Below the pieces are notes generated by a model. The model was not told the origin of the DNA and searched no databases. It was given only the letters and a program-made list of their open reading frames with translations. Both the position numbers and the translations under genes were made by a program. This document shows, in pieces, positions 45,675 to 55,697 of a stretch of 64,000 nucleotides of DNA; within the stretch, counting starts at the first letter, position 1, and each line of letters opens with the position of its first letter. The DNA is from Planctomycetes bacterium GWF2_41_51 (GTDB lineage: Bacteria; Planctomycetota; Phycisphaerae; Sedimentisphaerales; UBA12454). Location: contig MHXZ01000052.1 of the NCBI GenBank assembly GCA_001825665.1, positions 5,574 to 69,573 of the forward strand. The letters run 5' to 3'.

Positions 45675-46563
45675 AATTCAGCCCGGCGATAACCTTGCGC
45701 AAATAATCTGCGACTGTGCAAAAAATGAAAACATCGAAATAAACGAAAAAGATATTCTCATTCTGACAAGCAAAATAGTAACTAAATCTCTCGGCCTGAT
45801 TAGAAAAATGTCAGATGTTAAAATCAGCAAAAAAGCATTGAAGCTTGCCAAACAAACCGGCAAAGACCCGATGTGGATACAGCTTGTTTTCGATACCGGC
45901 CATAAAATAATCGCAGTTTTACCGATGAACGGCGCGATCAAAAAATATGTTCAGGCAGGCTCAACAGATATAGACCTGGCAAAAACATTATGCGAAAATA
46001 AAAAATGTCTGTTCATAACAAGAAATCCCTGCGGCCAGTTACATACCTGCGATGCGGGTATCGACAGCTCGAATCATCCTGTAGGCGAAGTCGGCCTGAT
46101 TCCGGATGACCCTGACGACAAAGCTAAAAAAATCAGAGAGCAAATACAAAAAATCACCGGTAAAAAAATCGCGTTAATAATGGCAGATACCGAATTAACT
46201 TTTTACGGCACAATAGATTTGGCGTTGGGCAGTTCCGGCATAAATCCGCTTTCTATGATGTTTGGCGAAAAGGACAAATTCGGCAAACCTAAATTCGGTG
46301 GTTTTGAATTAGTCGCTCACCAACTCACAGCAGCTTCTGCTTTGTTGTTCGGTCAAATTAGCAGCGGTATTCCAGTTGCAATAATCAGAGGTTTCAATTA
46401 CGATATTGACGAAATAAAGAATATTTCAAATACTCTGCGTTTTGCGGGAGGCGAAAGAGATATTCTTCAAATCATCAGAGAGACGATGAGATTGACTTCG
46501 TATGTTATTGAAGGATTCAGCAAAAAACTCCTCCTGCGAGTTGGTTCATGGTTTATACATTGA
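45634..46563 (+). CDS. CofE-like (F420-0:gamma-glutamyl ligase family) protein
   Basis: N-terminal IPEIQPGDNLAQ, DAGIDSSN and GIPVAIIRG blocks parallel those of archaeal CofE. AGAGGGA lies upstream of the ATG. Overlaps ribD by 41 nt. Confidence 0.7.
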   Translation: MKKIEILGLETIPEIQPGDNLAQIICDCAKNENIEINEKDILILTSKIVTKSLGLIRKMSDVKISKKALKLAKQTGKDPMWIQLVFDTGHKIIAVLPMNGAIKKYVQAGSTDIDLAKTLCENKKCLFITRNPCGQLHTCDAGIDSSNHPVGEVGLIPDDPDDKAKKIREQIQKITGKKIALIMADTELTFYGTIDLALGSSGINPLSMMFGEKDKFGKPKFGGFELVAHQLTAASALLFGQISSGIPVAIIRGFNYDIDEIKNISNTLRFAGGERDILQIIRETMRLTSYVIEGFSKKLLLRVGSWFIH

Positions 46564-46581
46564 TTAAATGAAAGAAGAAAC

Positions 46582-48552
46582 ATGAAACGAAATGTAAGGA
46601 TGCTTAGCTGCTGTATAGTTTTAACAATCACGCAATTCCTCTTTTCACAAGTCAGACTCCCGGCATTAATCAGCGATGGTATGGTGCTGCAAAGAGACAC
46701 TGAACTAAAAATCTGGGGATGGGCCGATGTAAATGAAACAGTAAAAATAAACTTTAAGGCGAAAGAATATTCCGCAAAACCTGATCAAGACGGAAAATGG
46801 TTCATTACGCTCGAAAGAATGCAGGCAGGCGGCCCGTATGAAATGCAAATCAGCGGAACAAACAGCATCACACTGCGAAATATTCTTGCAGGAGATGTAT
46901 GGTTATGCTCCGGCCAATCGAATATAGAATTGCCTGTCAGCCGGGTACTGGATAGATATCCTGATTTAGCTGCAAAATCTGAGAACCCTAATATCAGAAA
47001 TTTTCTGGTTCTAAAAAAATATGATTTTAAATCGCCCCAGGAAGATTTGTCCGGCGGCAAATGGAAATCCTCTAATCCGGAAAATGTTCTTGAGTTTTCC
47101 GCTGTAGGATATTTTTTCGCCAAAAACTTATATGAAAAATATAAAGTGCCAATCGGATTAATCACTTCAGGTTACGGCGGTTCGCCTGTGCAGTCGTGGA
47201 TGAGCGAAGACGCTTTGGAAAAATTTCCCGAACATCTGCAAACCGCAGAGAAATTCAAAGATGCTAATTACGTCGATGAAATTCTGCATAAAAATAAACA
47301 GACCAGCGATGAATGGTACAGCCGACTTAACCAACTCGATAAAGGCAATCAGCAGAGCAAATGGTATGACGTAAATTATCCCGCCTCTGATTGGGATAGT
47401 ATGGAAATCCCCGGTTACTGGGCAGACCAGCGGTTGGGCAAAGCCAACGGCGTTGTCTGGTTTCGAAAAGAAATCGATGTCCCGGATGTTATGGTTGGAA
47501 AGCCCGCAAAACTTCTGCTCGGCTGCATCGTTGATGCTGATACGGCTTATGTCAACGGAAAATTTGTTGGAACAACTTCGTATCAGTACCCGCCCAGAAA
47601 ATATGATATTCCTGCCGATATTATTAAAGCAGGAAAAAATATCATCGTCATAAGAGTAATTAACACTTCTGGCCGAGGCGGTTTCGTTAAAGAAAAACCA
47701 TATCAGCTTTCAGTCGGAGAAAACACAATTGATTTAAAAGGCAAATGGCTTTACAAGCTCGGCGCAAAAATGGAACCGCTGCCGCCGTCAACGTTTGTTC
47801 AATGGCAGCCTGAGGGGTTGTACAATGCGATGATTGCTCCGCTTTTGGATTTTAAAATAAAAGGTGTAGTTTGGTATCAGGGTGAATCGAACACAGGAAA
47901 GCCCGAAAATTATTATAACATGTTCTCAACGATGATCACCGATTGGTGGCAAAAATGGAATCAGGGAAATTTCCCGTTCCTGTACGTTCAATTGGCAAAC
48001 TTCATGCAGGCCAGAGAGACCCCCTCTGAAAGCAACTGGGCTATGCTTCGAGAGCAGCAGCTTAAAACACTCAATGTCCCCAATACCGCAATGGCAGTAG
48101 CTATCGACTTGGGCGAGTGGAATGATATTCATCCTTTAAATAAAGAGGATGTCGGCAAAAGACTCGCACTCGCCGCTCAAAAGCTCGCTTACGACAATGA
48201 CATCGTTTATTCTGGCCCGATTTATGATTCAATGGAAATCAAAGAAAACAAAATAATTCTTTCGTTTGCAAACACTGGCAGCGGTCTTATCGCAAAAGGC
48301 GGCGAATTAAAACAATTTGCAATCGCAGGCGCAGACAAAAAATTTATTTGGGCAAAAGCAGAAATCAATGGCGATAAAGTTATAGTTTGGAATGACAGTA
48401 TCGCCGAACCAGCGGCAGTAAGATATGCCTGGGCTGACAATCCTGAAGGTGCAAATTTGTATAATAAGGAAGGTCTGCCGGCATCGCCTTTCAGAACGGA
48501 AGAAAAATTTAATTATTTTTCGCCGAGCATTTTTTTGCGTCGCAAAATATGA
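46582..48552 (+). CDS. sialate O-acetylesterase family (SGNH-type) protein, secreted
   Basis: Signal peptide, GDVWLCSGQSNIE nucleophile block, WYQGESN block. 656 aa. Confidence 0.8.
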   Translation: MKRNVRMLSCCIVLTITQFLFSQVRLPALISDGMVLQRDTELKIWGWADVNETVKINFKAKEYSAKPDQDGKWFITLERMQAGGPYEMQISGTNSITLRNILAGDVWLCSGQSNIELPVSRVLDRYPDLAAKSENPNIRNFLVLKKYDFKSPQEDLSGGKWKSSNPENVLEFSAVGYFFAKNLYEKYKVPIGLITSGYGGSPVQSWMSEDALEKFPEHLQTAEKFKDANYVDEILHKNKQTSDEWYSRLNQLDKGNQQSKWYDVNYPASDWDSMEIPGYWADQRLGKANGVVWFRKEIDVPDVMVGKPAKLLLGCIVDADTAYVNGKFVGTTSYQYPPRKYDIPADIIKAGKNIIVIRVINTSGRGGFVKEKPYQLSVGENTIDLKGKWLYKLGAKMEPLPPSTFVQWQPEGLYNAMIAPLLDFKIKGVVWYQGESNTGKPENYYNMFSTMITDWWQKWNQGNFPFLYVQLANFMQARETPSESNWAMLREQQLKTLNVPNTAMAVAIDLGEWNDIHPLNKEDVGKRLALAAQKLAYDNDIVYSGPIYDSMEIKENKIILSFANTGSGLIAKGGELKQFAIAGADKKFIWAKAEINGDKVIVWNDSIAEPAAVRYAWADNPEGANLYNKEGLPASPFRTEEKFNYFSPSIFLRRKI

Positions 48553-49847
48553 TGATAATGCTGTGCAAAACGATGCGCTTCATCACGAACATACTGCAAA
48601 AGTTTCTTCGCAGAATTATTCGCCGGCAGTTTCAACGGCTCATCTTTTCCTGATACGTAAATAATTTCTTCTCTCTTGGCGATTGAAACAAGTCTTGGGG
48701 GCGCAACTTTCAATTCCTTAAATGCGTCTTCTGCCGCGTGAAGCTGTCCGATTCCGCCGTCGATTAAAACTAAATCCGGCCAAAGCTCCTCACCTGCCGC
48801 CGCGCGTGAAAATCTCCTTATCAAAACTTCCTTCAAACTCGCGTAATCATCTATTCCGCTGACAGTTTTAATTTTATATCTGCGATATCCTGCCTTGAAT
48901 GGTTTGCCGTCAATAAATTTCACAAGCGAACCGACCGTTTCACTTCCTGCGATATGCGCGATATCAAAACCTTCGATTATGCGAACCTGTCCGCCTCCGT
49001 TGATAAGTTTCTGCAATTTCACAAGAGCGTCTGTTGGGTCTGTAAAGAAAACTTCCGGCTGAACATTTTCTTCGAGCGTACCCCGCTTGTCAAGATTTTC
49101 AATCAGTTTAATCCTGTCGCGATACATCCCAGCGGCTTCGTAATCCATCGCCTTTGCGGCTTCCTCCATTTGCTTGTTCAATTCTCGTAAAACCGTTGTT
49201 CTTTTCGAGTTGAGAAATTTAATTAAATCGCCGATGCTTTTGCGATAATCTTTTTTGCTGATATAACCTGCACAGGGTGCGGTGCATTGTTTTATATTAT
49301 AAAGAATACAAGGCCTGAAGAATCGCCGCTTTTCGTCATCTTCTCGGATATCAAGTCCGCAAGTACGAAATTTAAAAATCTTTTGCAGCACAACCAGCGT
49401 GCCGCGCAAATCGCCTACTCCCGCGAACGGCCCGAACAATTTGCTTTTTGCTCGCGGCTGGCGTGTAATATATGCGCCGGGATATTCATCACGAATTGTA
49501 ATCTCAAGATATGGAAACGATTTATCATCCGTCAAATCGGAATTATACGGAGGCCGAATATCTTTTATCAGCCTCGCTTCCTGCAGAACGGCATCAACTT
49601 CACTCTGCGTTTCGAGAAAATCCACCTCCTCGACTTTCTTCAGCATCTCAGCGATTATTGGTCCGCGAGTCGATTCTATATCCGCCGACGGCTGAAAATA
49701 ACTCCCCGCCCGTGACCGAAGATTTGCCGCCTTGCCGACATAAAGAACCGTTCCGTTTACATCCTTCATAAAGTACAGCCCCGGACCACTCGGAAATTCG
49801 CGAATCATCTGCCGAATTTTTTCAAACTTATCTGCCATGGCTTTCAT
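48513..49847 (-). CDS. uvrC: excinuclease ABC subunit C, short form without C-terminal (HhH)2 domain
   Basis: GIY-YIG (GLYFMKD..VLYVGKA), a UVR domain (YEAAGMYRDRI) and an RNase H/EndoV-like region ending in DEAHRFA. The start is uncertain (49847, 49838 or the ORF-track 49883). Confidence 0.85.
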   Translation of the reverse strand: MKAMADKFEKIRQMIREFPSGPGLYFMKDVNGTVLYVGKAANLRSRAGSYFQPSADIESTRGPIIAEMLKKVEEVDFLETQSEVDAVLQEARLIKDIRPPYNSDLTDDKSFPYLEITIRDEYPGAYITRQPRAKSKLFGPFAGVGDLRGTLVVLQKIFKFRTCGLDIREDDEKRRFFRPCILYNIKQCTAPCAGYISKKDYRKSIGDLIKFLNSKRTTVLRELNKQMEEAAKAMDYEAAGMYRDRIKLIENLDKRGTLEENVQPEVFFTDPTDALVKLQKLINGGGQVRIIEGFDIAHIAGSETVGSLVKFIDGKPFKAGYRRYKIKTVSGIDDYASLKEVLIRRFSRAAAGEELWPDLVLIDGGIGQLHAAEDAFKELKVAPPRLVSIAKREEIIYVSGKDEPLKLPANNSAKKLLQYVRDEAHRFAQHYHHILRRKKMLGEK

Positions 49848-50179
49848 TGTACAAGATAGTATCTCTATTATCAATTTGTTCACTTACTTATTAATTTGAA
49901 GACGCCAGAGTTAAAATGGGGAAGTTTAAAAAATTACCATTAAAATGAAATAAAAATTTAACGTCCGATAATTAAATCGAACTCCACCGCCGATTTTTTT
50001 CAAATTATCAGATCTTTTGATACGTTTTTTTCAAAAAAAATCTACTCCAAAAGAATTAAAATATTTTTTTTTTACCGCAGGTTCATAAACGACAAGGACT
50101 AACAAAATTCCAATATTTTTTTACGTTTTTTAGATTGCAAAAATTCTCTCGATTCGTACTATTATATGAGAGTGATTAA

Positions 50180-50225
50180 CACCTACATATTGTTTTGAAA
50201 TCCCGTTCTTCACAATATGTAGTGT
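50180..50225 (+). promoter_or_regulatory. two candidate NrdR boxes upstream of nrdJ
   Basis: CACCTACATATTGTTT (50180-50195) and TCACAATATGTAGTGT (50210-50225). The centres are 30 bp apart and together form one larger inverted repeat. Box 2 fits the acaCwAtATaTwGtgt consensus closely. Confidence 0.55.
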
Positions 50226-50287
50226 ATTTTCTTAAAATAAACAAGTAAAGCCGCAAGGAAGCGCTTTTTTGCAGGGAGGCAAACGTT

Positions 50288-53200
50288 ATGGCTGGCAGCA
50301 GTTCGAGTGAATTTATGGGAAGAAATGATAAAAGCAATATGAATAATTGGCAAAATCCCGGGAATACCAAATCCCGGGGACTTAAAATAAACCAGGTTTT
50401 TTCTACGCCTGCGGTACACCCATTCGACCAGCTCGAATGGGAAACAAGACAAGCTAAAATCTCCGGCGACGGCGGCGAAGTTATATTTGAACAAAACAAT
50501 ATCGAAGTTCCGGCTTCATGGAGCCAGCTTGCTACCAAAGTCGTTGTCAGCAAGTACTTCTATGGCGATATTGAAACCGGTCATCGTGAATATTCTGTTA
50601 AGCAGTTGATACATCGCGTTTGCAGAACTATCGCCGACAGAGGCTATAAAGATGGGTACTTTACAACCCAGACCGACACCGAAAATTTCTATAATGAACT
50701 TACCTGGCTGTGCGTTAATCAATACGGCTCGTTCAATTCTCCTGTCTGGTTCAACGTCGGTCTAAAAGATGTCTACGGCATCGAAGGCGGCGAACATAAT
50801 TATCATTGGGATACAAAACAGAACAAAGCCGTACCCTGCAAAAGCAGTTATGAATATCCGCAGGCCTCGGCTTGCTTCATCCAGTCTGTAAAAGACACAA
50901 TGGAAGACATAATGAAGCTTGCCGCCAGTGAAGCAATGCTCTTCAAGCACGGCTCAGGCACGGGCACAGACCTCTCAACTCTCCGCAGCAGCAAAGAAAA
51001 GCTCGCAGGCGGCGGAAAACCATCCGGCCCATTGAGCTTTATGCGTGTTTATGACCAGATTGCCGCTGTAGTAAAATCCGGCGGAAAAACAAGGCGTGCC
51101 GCGAAGATGCAATCATTAATGATTAACCATCCCGATATTAAAGAGTTCATTATCGCCAAGATGGAAGAAGAGAAAAAGGCGCGAGCACTAATCAAAGCCG
51201 GTTACGGTGGACAATTCAACAACGAAGCATATAACAGCGTTATGTTCCAGAACGCCAATTTATCGGTAAGAGTTACCGAGGAGTTTATGGAAGCGGTCGA
51301 AAAAGATGACGAATGGACAACCCGTGAAGTTACCTCCGGCAATCCTTCTATAAAATACAAAGCAAGCGAGCTGATGGACTTAATTTCAGAATCTACAAGA
51401 TTCTGCGGCGACCCCGGCTTGCAGTATCATTCCACAATCAACAAATGGCACACCTGCCCGGCCTCAGGCGAAATTCACGCCTCTAACCCATGCAGCGAAT
51501 ATATGTTCATCGACGATTCGGCCTGCAACCTCGCCTCGCTGAACCTTATGAAATTCAGAAACGAAGACGGCTCGTTTGATGTCGAAAGATTCAAAACCGC
51601 GATAAGATTATTCATTATCGCGCAGGAAATACTCGTTGATAACGGCAGTTATCCCAACGCACAAATCACAGAAAACAGCCATAATTTCAGGCCGCTGGGT
51701 CTGGGTTATGCTAATTTGGGCAGTCTCATTATGAGTCTCGCTCTTCCATACGACAGCGAACAGGCAAGAACAATCGCTTCTGCCATAACAGCGACTTTGA
51801 CAGGAAATGCATATATCGCAAGTGCGGAAATTGCCGCTTCGAAAGGTACTTTCGAAAAATACAAAGAAAACGCCAATTACATGCTCAACGTTATCGATAT
51901 GCATCGCCAGCACAGCAGGAACATCTCGGAAGTCAATTGCCCCGATTATCTGCTCAGTGCCGCCAAAGACGCATGGGACCAGGCTCTTGACTCCGGAACA
52001 CGACATGGATTCAGAAATGCTCAGGTTACCGTTCTCGCTCCGACAGGCACAATCGGCTTTATGATGGATTGCGATACCACAGGCGTCGAACCGGACATCG
52101 CATTGGTAAAATATAAACTCCTCGCAGGCGGTGGAATTTTAAAGATCGTCAACAGAACGGTCCCGATGGCACTCGAAAGACTCGGCTACAGTGCAGAAGA
52201 TATCAGAAACATCTGCGATGATATCGACAAAGACGATACAATTGAAACAAGCAAAAAAATCGACAAAGCACATCTGCCTGTCTTCGATTGTGCTTTCAAA
52301 CCGCAAAAAGGCTCTCGCAGCATTCATTATATAGCTCATCTGAAAATGATGGCTGCTGTCCAGCCGTACATCAGCGGTGCGATAAGCAAGACAATCAATA
52401 TGCCGAAAGAATCTACCGCTGAGGAAATTCGCTCAGCGTATATCGAAGGCTGGAAAATGGGTCTAAAAGCTGTCGCAGTCTATCGCGATGGTTCAAAGAT
52501 GCTCCAGCCGGTAAAAACCGATGAACATAAAGACGGTTCAAAAGAAGAACAGCCGAAAGTTGTTTCAGCACCTGCAAAACCGTACAGACGCAGACTTGCC
52601 GAGACAAGAAAGAGCATCACGCATAAATTCTCCGTCGCAGGCCACGAAGGTTACCTGACAGTCGGTCTTTACGATGACGGCCAGCCCGGCGAGTTGTTTA
52701 TCACTATGGCAAAAGAAGGAAGCACCGTCGGCGGTTTGATGGACGTTGTCGGAACATGCGTTTCAATGTCGCTGCAATATGGCGTTCCGCTCGTTACGCT
52801 TGTCGATAAGTTCAGACACGCAAGATTCGAACCGGCAGGAATGACATCGAATAAAAATATTCCATTCGCAAAGAGTCTTATTGACTATATCTTCTGCTGG
52901 ATGGGTTGCCAGTTTATCCCCGGCTATGCCGAAAAGAATACGCCCAACCGCAGCAACGTTCCATCTTCGGAAAATAAAACCACAACAACAGCGAAAACTC
53001 TCGTTGAAAAAACGAAAGACCTTGCAAAAAAAATCGCCGAAGTAAAAGCAGTCCAGGCTAAACCGATAATTAAGCCGGTTGAAATACAATCGACACCTGC
53101 CGAAAAAGGCAGAATGGCAAACCTGGCAGACAGAGCGGTTGCGATGGTTACTTCAGTCGTAAAAGGCGACACCGATACCCCGAACGAGACTGCCGCAATT

Positions 53201-53332
53201 CAGCAGTTTAACGCTCAATTTGAGCATTTCCAGGATGATGCACCGGCCTGCGATATTTGCGGCTCGATTACCGTTCGCAACGGCTCGTGCTACAAATGTT
53301 TCAACTGCGGCAACTCAATGGGTTGCAGTTAA
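50288..53332 (+). CDS. nrdJ: adenosylcobalamin-dependent (class II) ribonucleotide reductase
   Basis: Class II RNR blocks (SNPCSEY, TGVEPD, ISKTINMP) and a C-terminal CxxC..CxxC..CxxC zinc-finger tail. GGGAGG ribosome-binding site. Confidence 0.93.
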   Translation: MAGSSSSEFMGRNDKSNMNNWQNPGNTKSRGLKINQVFSTPAVHPFDQLEWETRQAKISGDGGEVIFEQNNIEVPASWSQLATKVVVSKYFYGDIETGHREYSVKQLIHRVCRTIADRGYKDGYFTTQTDTENFYNELTWLCVNQYGSFNSPVWFNVGLKDVYGIEGGEHNYHWDTKQNKAVPCKSSYEYPQASACFIQSVKDTMEDIMKLAASEAMLFKHGSGTGTDLSTLRSSKEKLAGGGKPSGPLSFMRVYDQIAAVVKSGGKTRRAAKMQSLMINHPDIKEFIIAKMEEEKKARALIKAGYGGQFNNEAYNSVMFQNANLSVRVTEEFMEAVEKDDEWTTREVTSGNPSIKYKASELMDLISESTRFCGDPGLQYHSTINKWHTCPASGEIHASNPCSEYMFIDDSACNLASLNLMKFRNEDGSFDVERFKTAIRLFIIAQEILVDNGSYPNAQITENSHNFRPLGLGYANLGSLIMSLALPYDSEQARTIASAITATLTGNAYIASAEIAASKGTFEKYKENANYMLNVIDMHRQHSRNISEVNCPDYLLSAAKDAWDQALDSGTRHGFRNAQVTVLAPTGTIGFMMDCDTTGVEPDIALVKYKLLAGGGILKIVNRTVPMALERLGYSAEDIRNICDDIDKDDTIETSKKIDKAHLPVFDCAFKPQKGSRSIHYIAHLKMMAAVQPYISGAISKTINMPKESTAEEIRSAYIEGWKMGLKAVAVYRDGSKMLQPVKTDEHKDGSKEEQPKVVSAPAKPYRRRLAETRKSITHKFSVAGHEGYLTVGLYDDGQPGELFITMAKEGSTVGGLMDVVGTCVSMSLQYGVPLVTLVDKFRHARFEPAGMTSNKNIPFAKSLIDYIFCWMGCQFIPGYAEKNTPNRSNVPSSENKTTTTAKTLVEKTKDLAKKIAEVKAVQAKPIIKPVEIQSTPAEKGRMANLADRAVAMVTSVVKGDTDTPNETAAIQQFNAQFEHFQDDAPACDICGSITVRNGSCYKCFNCGNSMGCS

Positions 53333-53362
53333 AAATAAAATCCAAATTTAAGTATAAAAAAG

Positions 53363-53389
53363 GCTGCTTGGAAACAAGCAGCTTTTTTT
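53363..53389 (+). terminator. intrinsic terminator after nrdJ
   Basis: GCTGCTTG-GAAA-CAAGCAGC followed by T7. Confidence 0.85.
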
Positions 53390-53622
53390 CTCTTTTAGTT
53401 ATTTGTCCTCTTTATTTTGATTTTCATCTGGCAAAAGAAACTTCATAGGTCTGCATTAACCTATTCCTGTTCTTGCATTTGGAATTTTACTTAAAACAAT
53501 CTCAAGCTTGCTTGAGTACAGCATTTATAAACAAATTGATAAGAGATTATTTAATAAATATAACTTACGCAATTGCAAAGGCTTAGATATCCAAAATTAG
53601 CATCATTTTGCTAAAATTAGTA

Positions 53623-53650
53623 TTGACACCTCTAATTTGCAGGTTATAAT
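53623..53650 (+). promoter_or_regulatory. consensus-like sigma70 promoter of rplM-rpsI
   Basis: TTGACA, a 16-nt spacer, then TATAAT. Confidence 0.6.
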
Positions 53651-53680
53651 GTGCCGTTTTCCAAAAATTAGAAAGAGTCT

Positions 53681-54109
53681 ATGAAGAGTTTTTTAGCAAA
53701 AAATGAAGAAGTACAGCAGAAATGGCTTGTCGTGGACGCCGATGGCGCGATTCTCGGCAGATTAGCCGCGAAAATTGCACCTGTTTTAATGGGCAAACAC
53801 AAACCGACATACACACCGCATGTGGATACAGGCGATTTTGTTATCGTTTTGAACGCTGAGAAAATCAAACTCACCGGCAAAAAGGAAGAAGCAAAATTGT
53901 ATGATTATTACACCTTTTATCCCGGCGGCCACAAATATGTCAGCTTCAAGGAAATGATGGCCAAAAAGCCTCAGAAGGTTATTGAGCTTGCGGTCAAGAG
54001 AATGCTCCCAAAAAGCGCTATGGGCGACAGAATGATCAAAAAATTAAAGGTGTATTGCGGTACTGAGCACAAGCATGTCGCGCAAAACCCTGAAAAAATC
54101 GAATTATAA
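53681..54109 (+). CDS. rplM: 50S ribosomal protein L13
   Basis: WLVVDADGAILGRLAAKIA and the remainder are typical of L13. Confidence 0.95.
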   Translation: MKSFLAKNEEVQQKWLVVDADGAILGRLAAKIAPVLMGKHKPTYTPHVDTGDFVIVLNAEKIKLTGKKEEAKLYDYYTFYPGGHKYVSFKEMMAKKPQKVIELAVKRMLPKSAMGDRMIKKLKVYCGTEHKHVAQNPEKIEL

Positions 54110-54134
54110 TAAACCTTTATTGGAAATATAAAAT

Positions 54135-54620
54135 ATGATCGAAAATGCTGCAAACGCAAACACCCCAATGGCGGGAATTAAGTTGCCGACACCTACACCC
54201 GCAGTTCAAACTGCGAAAAAAGCTGAATCAAAAGGCGGATTCATCTGGGGCACCGGAAGAAGAAAAACTTCTGTTGCCAGAGTCAGAATCAGACCGGGGA
54301 AAGGCGAACTTAAAATCAATAACAGGAAGCTCGACGAATATTTCACTCGTCCGCAGGATATTAATAACGTTGTTGCACCTTTGAAGGCAACAAAGACCGA
54401 AAGCAGTATCGATGTTTTCGTCAACGTTAATGGCGGCGGAATCACCGGTCAAAGCGGCGCTGTTATGCTCGGTATCGCAAGAGCGCTGAAGAACTATGAC
54501 CCAACCCTGTTGCCATCTCTTAGAGACGGCGGCTATCTTACTCGTGACGGCAGAATGGTTGAAAGGAAAAAGCCAGGACAGTCCGGCGCCAGAAGAAGGT
54601 TCCAGTTCTCAAAACGTTAA
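54135..54620 (+). CDS. rpsI: 30S ribosomal protein S9 (with an N-terminal extension of about 35 aa)
   Basis: GTGRRKTSVARVRI ... PGQSGARRRFQFSKR. Confidence 0.95.
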   Translation: MIENAANANTPMAGIKLPTPTPAVQTAKKAESKGGFIWGTGRRKTSVARVRIRPGKGELKINNRKLDEYFTRPQDINNVVAPLKATKTESSIDVFVNVNGGGITGQSGAVMLGIARALKNYDPTLLPSLRDGGYLTRDGRMVERKKPGQSGARRRFQFSKR

Positions 54621-54649
54621 TTGCAAATTACTTTCTGGAATATTACAAT

Positions 54650-54679
54650 GGCCGCGAAATTATACGCGGCCTTTTTTTT
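54650..54679 (+). terminator. intrinsic terminator after rpsI
   Basis: GGCCGCG / CGCGGCC stem followed by T8. Confidence 0.8.
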
Positions 54680-54691
54680 GGAGATTATAAA

Positions 54692-55696
54692 ATGTTAACT
54701 GTCGCAATTATTGGCGCAAGCGGTTATACCGGCGCCGAAGCAATCGAGATTTTTCTGCGTCATTCGCAGGCCAAACTTACATATCTTACCGCCCTTCCCG
54801 AAGAGTGCGGAAAAGTAGAAGATATTTTTCCGAGATTCAAAGGTCGATGTAGCCTCGCTATCGAACCGCTCGATATGAATAAACTCACAAGCAGCGCTAA
54901 AGTCGTTCTCTGCTGCCTGCCGCATAAAGTCTCAATGGGTTTCGTACCGAAACTTTTGGCTGCCGGCCTGAAAGTTATCGATTTCAGCGCAGATTACAGA
55001 ATCAAAGATGTTGATGTCTATGAAAAATATTACCAGCCGCATACCGATAGAGAAAATCTCAAGCAGGCTGTTTACGGTCTGTGTGAATTGAATCGCGATA
55101 AAATCAAAACTGCGAAACTCATCGCAAACCCCGGCTGCTTCCCGACAAGTTTCATTCTCGGTACCGCCCCGCTTCTCAAAAATAAACTTATCGACGGCAC
55201 TGTTATTATAAATTCAGTAACAGGCACAAGCGGCGCAGGTAAAAACCCATCGAAGAATTTCCATTTCCCGAACATGAACGAAAATTTCTTCGCTTACGGC
55301 ATCGGCAAACATCGTCATCAGCCTGAAATGGAACAAATCGCCGGCGAAATAGCTGGTAAAAACATTGAGGTTCTTTTCCAGCCTCATGTAGCTCCGTTTG
55401 ATTTCGGAATTATGTCAACGATTTACTGCCAGCCGAAAGAAAAAATCACCGCTGATAAACTCGGTGAGATGTATAATGAATTTTACAAAAATGAGCGTTT
55501 CGTACAGGTTCTCAAAACAGCCCCGATGCTCAAGGATATTGCGAAAACAAATTACTGCCAGATTTACCCGACAGTTGCAAAAGACAAGATAATTATTTTC
55601 AGTGCGGTTGACAACCTGATAAAAGGCGCCTCCGGCCAGGCCGTCCAGAACATGAACATTATGTATGGTTTAGATGAATCTTTGGGATTGATATAA
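54692..55696 (+). CDS. argC: N-acetyl-gamma-glutamyl-phosphate reductase
   Basis: IIGASGYTG N-terminus and the active-site NPGCFPT motif. Confidence 0.93.
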   Translation: MLTVAIIGASGYTGAEAIEIFLRHSQAKLTYLTALPEECGKVEDIFPRFKGRCSLAIEPLDMNKLTSSAKVVLCCLPHKVSMGFVPKLLAAGLKVIDFSADYRIKDVDVYEKYYQPHTDRENLKQAVYGLCELNRDKIKTAKLIANPGCFPTSFILGTAPLLKNKLIDGTVIINSVTGTSGAGKNPSKNFHFPNMNENFFAYGIGKHRHQPEMEQIAGEIAGKNIEVLFQPHVAPFDFGIMSTIYCQPKEKITADKLGEMYNEFYKNERFVQVLKTAPMLKDIAKTNYCQIYPTVAKDKIIIFSAVDNLIKGASGQAVQNMNIMYGLDESLGLI

Positions 55697-55697
55697 A

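Noticed and set aside
49884-50287. Looked for a cobalamin riboswitch upstream of the B12-dependent RNR
   Set aside because: No B12-box-like GCCACUG or AGYCMGG core, and no GC-rich multi-stem structure, was seen. The region is very AT-rich and contains NrdR-like boxes instead. An Infernal scan would be decisive.
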